Source: Candidatus Hodarchaeota archaeon (lineage in GTDB: Archaea > Asgardarchaeota > Lokiarchaeia > Sigyniarchaeales > SOKP01). Taken from it: a stretch of 64,000 bases of DNA. Made by a program: the position numbers and the translations under genes. Positions 59,747 to 64,000 of this stretch are shown one piece after another (position 1 is the first letter of the stretch; every line of letters begins with the position of its first letter). The stretch spans positions 1-64,000 of the forward strand of contig JBHLJY010000008.1 in NCBI GenBank assembly GCA_048887225.1, written 5' to 3'. The notes below the pieces were generated by a model, which searched no databases, was not told the DNA's origin, and saw nothing but the letters and a program-made list of their open reading frames with translations.

Positions 59747-60208
59747 TTATGTTTTTGCCTTTTCTTTGGCTTTTTTCTTTTCAGGTGTGCCGCCTTTGGG
59801 TCTTAATGGGCTAGGACCTAATTCTCTTATCACTTTATCGAATTTAATTGCAGTTTGCTGAAATTTTTGACCCTCTGCTGCAGTGCAATATCCCATCATT
59901 ATTCGCTTTTCATTTAATCCAATCGACTTTAAAACTTCTTTTATGTATTCGACTTGACGGTAAGCGAAGTAATTTCCCGTCTCATAATCGCACTCTTTAG
60001 GGTATCAAGCAATTATCATCACACCATCTGCCCCGCGCCCAAATGCTCTCATAATGACATCAGCACCAACTCTACCGGTACAAGGGACTAAAACAGATCT
60101 TATTGAATCGGGATACTGTGCTCGAATTGTTCCTGCCATATCAGCAGAACCATAACCTCATTTCCAGCATAAAAATGCTATAATTTTAATATTTTCATCT
60201 TTTGCCAT
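59747..60208 (-). CDS. mvhD: MvhD/VhuD [2Fe-2S] subunit, selenoprotein with two Sec (153 aa), absent from ORF track
   Basis: AFLCWKUGYGSADMAG..VPCTGRV..GADGVMIIAUYPKECDY..GPSP; TGA at 60158-60160 and 60005-60007 at conserved Cys sites; GAGGTGA RBS at 60218-60224. Confidence 0.92.
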
Positions 60209-60225
60209 TTCTTTTATTCACCTCT

Positions 60226-62190
60226 CTATTCCTCAATTGGTAATAACTCATCAATAAACGCCATGTATTGATCATCCCTAAAGTATGTTAGCTCAATTGC
60301 TTTCGATGGACAAAGTGCTGCACATGTTCCACAGCCTCTACATAATATGAGATCAACGACAAGGTTTCCTTTCTCGTTTACTGAAATAGCATTAAATGGA
60401 CACGCTTCAATACATTTATAACATTTAGCGCATCTTTCATCTGAAGGATCTGCTCTAATTAGTTCCATTGTATATTCTCCTTTACTCATTGGAATTGATG
60501 CTGTTGATGCTGCTCCTTTTGCTTGACTTACAGCTTTATCAATTTCTTTCTGCCCTTGAGCAGAGCCACAAATAATTATTCCAGGTACTTTAGTACTAAT
60601 CGGATCAAGGCGAGCATGATATTCTTTAAGAAATCCATCTGGGCTTCTTTCCATATTTAAAATCTTTGCGATTTGCAACGTACCTGCGGATGGCAATGAA
60701 GCAGGTGATAACACAACCATATGGAACTCTGCTGTTATTACAGCATCGGTGCCAACAGGCTCAAACTGCACTCTTAGATTTTTAGTCAAGGGGTCTTCTT
60801 CAATTTTCCCTACTAGCCCTTTAACGAATATAATTCCTGCATCTCTAGACCTTCTATAATATTCCTCGTAGTCTTTCCCACAAGCTCTCATATCAATATA
60901 AGTACATAGAATCTGCGAATCGGGATATTCTGATTTTATGAGTTTCGAGTTTTTAAGCGATAAATTACAACAAATAACGCTACACCATGGATTTTTTTTG
61001 ACATCTCTGGACCCAACGCAATTAATAAATAATACCTTGGTTGGGCGCTTACCATCGGAAGGACGTTGTAAATGTCCAAGAGTCGGTCCATTTGGTGCAA
61101 GAATTCGTTCTAACTCGATTTGATTAATAACATTCTCATATGTTCCATATCCATAATCATCTCCCTTATAGAGATCCCACCCCGTGGCTATTATAATCGT
61201 TCCTACTTCAAGTTCAATAATTTCATCTTGCTGACTAAAATCAATAGCTTCTTGTTCACAACCATCGACACAAGCAAAACATTCTACACAAGATACTCTT
61301 TCAATATTAGAAACTGCAGGAACAGCCTGGGCAAATGCAATATCAATCACTTTTCTTGCAGAGAGGTTTTCATCAAAGTAGTTAGGTACATATATTGGAC
61401 AAACTTCAGTGCAAGTACCACATCCAGTACATTTATCTTCATCTACAAATCGAGCTTTTCTTTTAACTTTCACTTTAAAATTTCCAATATACCCATCGAC
61501 ATTAACTATTTCGCTGTATGATAAAATTTCAATGTTCTCATGGCGATTAGCTTCTAACATTTTCGGTCCCAATATTCATATTGAGCAGTCATCAGTTGGA
61601 AATGTTCGATCGAGTTGAGACATACGACCTCCAATTGTCGTATTTTTCTCAATTAAATAAACTTTAAATCCTTCATCCCCTAAATCTATAGCAGCACTTA
61701 GCCCCGCGATTCCTCCTCCAACTACTAACGCAACAGGTTTTACTGGAACTGTCTTTGTAGGAACATCCTCTAATAATCTAGCTCGCGCGATACCAGCTCT
61801 TATTAATTCAATAGCTTTTCCTGTAGCGCTTTCTCGAACTTCAAGTGCTTGATGTACGAAAGAGCAATGTTCTCTTATATTGATAAATTCTAAATATCTT
61901 GGAGGTAATCCAGCTTCTTTTAAGATAGCATGAAAAACAGGTTGATGTGTTCTTGGAGTACATGCTGCAACAACAATTCGGTTTAGTTTATGATCGACAA
62001 TTTGTTCCTTGATATAGTCAGCACCGCCAGTAGTACATACTGATATATATTCATAGGCATAAACATTTTCTAATTTATTGATCTCTTCTACGATTTTTGG
62101 AACGTCCAAAATACCAGCAATGTTGATACCTCAGCGACACACGAAAACGCCGACGTTTGATTCTTCTTCTATGGTCTGATTTTCAGACAA
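60226..62190 (-). CDS. hdrA: heterodisulfide reductase subunit A, selenoprotein with two Sec (654 aa)
   Basis: TTG start; VGVFVCRUGINIAG (TGA 62131-62133) and FPTDDCSIUILGPK (TGA 61576-61578) join the track fragments in one frame; AACTP, NIREHCS, GGGIAG, CVGSRD. Confidence 0.93.
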
Positions 62191-62384
62191 TTTTTTCACT
62201 TTTTTAGCTATAACCTATTATTATAATTCTAAAATAATATTGATGATTAAGTTAATAGTTCTATCATTATAAAAATAATCGTTATAAAATTTCACGATAA
62301 TATTAATATTTTAAATGATAGGATCCATCAAAACTAACAAAAAAAAAATAAAGAATATTTAGAGAATAATATAAAATTTTATAA

Positions 62385-62930
62385 TTATTCCTTACTTTCA
62401 AAATCTTCAATTACTTCAGCAAAAAGTCGTTTTGCAGCATCAATTCGGTTTTCTTCGCCAATTTGGACGACATTCTTTAATGATATTGCTTCTTTAGGAC
62501 AAACTGCAATACATTGAGGCTCTACTTCTCCGACTTCAGGATCAATAAATTCTTCTCTCATATCTTTGCAAAGATCACACACTAAGGCTTTTTGTGTATC
62601 TATATGAAGCGAAATCACTCCAAAGTCACATGCCCTAATACAGAATCCGCACCCATTGCATTTATCCTCGTCTACGACAATTGAACCTTCCTCATCTTTA
62701 TCTAAAGCTTTTTCAGGACAAGAACGAATACAAGGTGCATCTTCACATTTTTGGCAAGCTAGAGCGATATTTAAGACAGGCTCAATTCGAACTCTATGGA
62801 TTCGAGTATTAATTGGATTGAACTCGCCGTCGTGGACAAATGAACAAACAGATTCGCATGTTTCACAACCAGTACATAAATCAGGATTAACAATAATAAA
62901 TTGATGTATTTTTTTTTTCTTAGCCGACAT
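62385..62930 (-). CDS. 4x[4Fe-4S] electron-transfer subunit associated with AOR
   Basis: CTGCETCESVC, CQKCEDAPCIRSCP, CNGCGFCIRAC, CDLC..PQCIAVCP; abuts the AOR stop. Confidence 0.9.
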   Translation of the reverse strand: MSAKKKKIHQFIIVNPDLCTGCETCESVCSFVHDGEFNPINTRIHRVRIEPVLNIALACQKCEDAPCIRSCPEKALDKDEEGSIVVDEDKCNGCGFCIRACDFGVISLHIDTQKALVCDLCKDMREEFIDPEVGEVEPQCIAVCPKEAISLKNVVQIGEENRIDAAKRLFAEVIEDFESKE

Positions 62931-64000
62931 CTATTTCTTTGCCTCTTTTTTTTTTAATTTTCCAATTACAAAATCCATTCCAAGTTTCTTCAGAGTTGCG
63001 TCTGTCGGAATTCCTGTTTCTTTATCCCATCCACGTGCCTCGTAATATCCTGAAAGTAAAGTTTGGAAACCATTTTCATCCAATGTGACTCCCTTTGCAG
63101 GTCCTCTTGTATGAGCTTCCTTAAAAAATCTCTCTGGTGGATGATCATCTTTCCTTGTCCAGCCTTCTCTTATATTGAAACATTTCGAAAGAGTTACGAT
63201 TGCATCTCCTCTTTCGAGAATTGTCTTTTCAGTGTGAGGAATGCCTGTTACAAGTTCAAAAACTTTTGCCATTTCTGCATCGTTCTCATAAATACCTCTT
63301 GTGAACTTACAGATAATATATGAGTCTATTAGAGCGTAAACATCTTCAATATTTTTTATTGCTTTTCCACGTTCAACAGGTTTATCGTAGCTGAATCGAT
63401 CAAATGTTCCTTTAGCGTCTAAACCGTAGGCACCATTTCTTAGATGACATGCTCCTCGAATTGCGACACTCTCTCCTACTGCAAATGAATTCATACCATG
63501 AATATCAAATGCAGGCATCTCTAATCCTTTAATTTGCATAGCGTAATAACTTGCGTTTGTCCTTCCCATTTTTTCTAATCTTATACCTGCCATTTTTGTT
63601 CCGTCGGCAAAAATTTCTCCAGGAAAGCCCTTACCTAGTATCATTTCTTCGTTGAATCTAACCAAATTCTTTGTCGATCCAAAGGGTAATTCGTAGCCTA
63701 AATCTTCTTTTGTGATAATTCCTTCTTCGAAACAATCACATGCCATAGCACATGTAACACCTCCAGAAATGGCATCAATTCCTAAATCATCGCATTGTGT
63801 TATACATTTAAAGATTGTTGGCCAATCAGAATTACCACAAGAAGTACCATATCCATAAATTAACTCAACATCAACGCTGGCAACGAGATTAGGATAATCT
63901 GGATGTTTTTTAGGAACTCTAGCTAAATGATCACATGCAATAGAACATTGCGAGCAAGCTACCTTTTTAACTACCCATTCCTCGTTTAAAACTTCTCCGT
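62931..64000 (-). CDS. tungsten aldehyde:ferredoxin oxidoreductase family protein (5' end outside window)
   Basis: Frame open to edge: ACSQCSIACDH, CDDLGIDAISGG, KGLEMPAFD, RGACHLR, YYEARGWD..GIPT. Confidence 0.92.
   Translation of the reverse strand, partial: GEVLNEEWVVKKVACSQCSIACDHLARVPKKHPDYPNLVASVDVELIYGYGTSCGNSDWPTIFKCITQCDDLGIDAISGGVTCAMACDCFEEGIITKEDLGYELPFGSTKNLVRFNEEMILGKGFPGEIFADGTKMAGIRLEKMGRTNASYYAMQIKGLEMPAFDIHGMNSFAVGESVAIRGACHLRNGAYGLDAKGTFDRFSYDKPVERGKAIKNIEDVYALIDSYIICKFTRGIYENDAEMAKVFELVTGIPHTEKTILERGDAIVTLSKCFNIREGWTRKDDHPPERFFKEAHTRGPAKGVTLDENGFQTLLSGYYEARGWDKETGIPTDATLKKLGMDFVIGKLKKKEAKK

Noticed and set aside
59747-62190. hdrA/mvhD as pseudogenes, or genome-wide UGA reassignment
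   Set aside because: All four TGA codons fall at conserved Cys positions with intact frames and a SECIS present; TGA is an ordinary stop elsewhere (e.g. 10974-10976, 35288-35290, 4038-4040).
62200-62384. Second SECIS in the hdrA 5' region
   Set aside because: An AUGA is present, but I could not build a convincing helix II with an apical A-loop and opposing GA.
1589-63323. Short antisense or overlapping ORFs in the track (e.g. 9910..10401, 31869..32315, 33912..34283, 57870..58250, 61120..61521)
   Set aside because: They are shadows of well-supported genes on the opposite strand or in another frame, with no motifs of their own.

Overview
AT-rich, gene-dense archaeal chromosomal segment, inferred to be from an Asgard archaeon (Lokiarchaeia-like). 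The inference rests on the Rab-like GTPase, the longin and longin-GTPase proteins, a gelsolin-domain protein, ESCRT-II-like winged-helix repeats, GAGGTGA Shine-Dalgarno sites and a eukaryote-type SECIS. No rRNA, tRNA, CRISPR array or mobile element was recognised. Main observations: (1) a HAD phosphatase / double-PlsC acyltransferase / DUF2229 (PlsA/Ger-like) operon suggesting bacterial-type ester or ether lipid synthesis; (2) a membrane-anchored protein with two tandem Vps22/36(EAP30)-like modules, near small GTPases and a Vps28-CTD-like protein; (3) three mosaic surface glycoproteins with conserved cytoplasmic tails, followed by a longin gene and two helical/beta-sandwich paralogs, one with a gelsolin domain; (4) a selenoprotein hdrA-mvhD operon with four in-frame UGA codons and a single visible SECIS, missed or split by the ORF track; (5) a TrmB-like protein split by a long amphipathic helical insert; (6) non-canonical starts and a pseudogene remnant. 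All family assignments come from motif recognition by eye; no database search was run.
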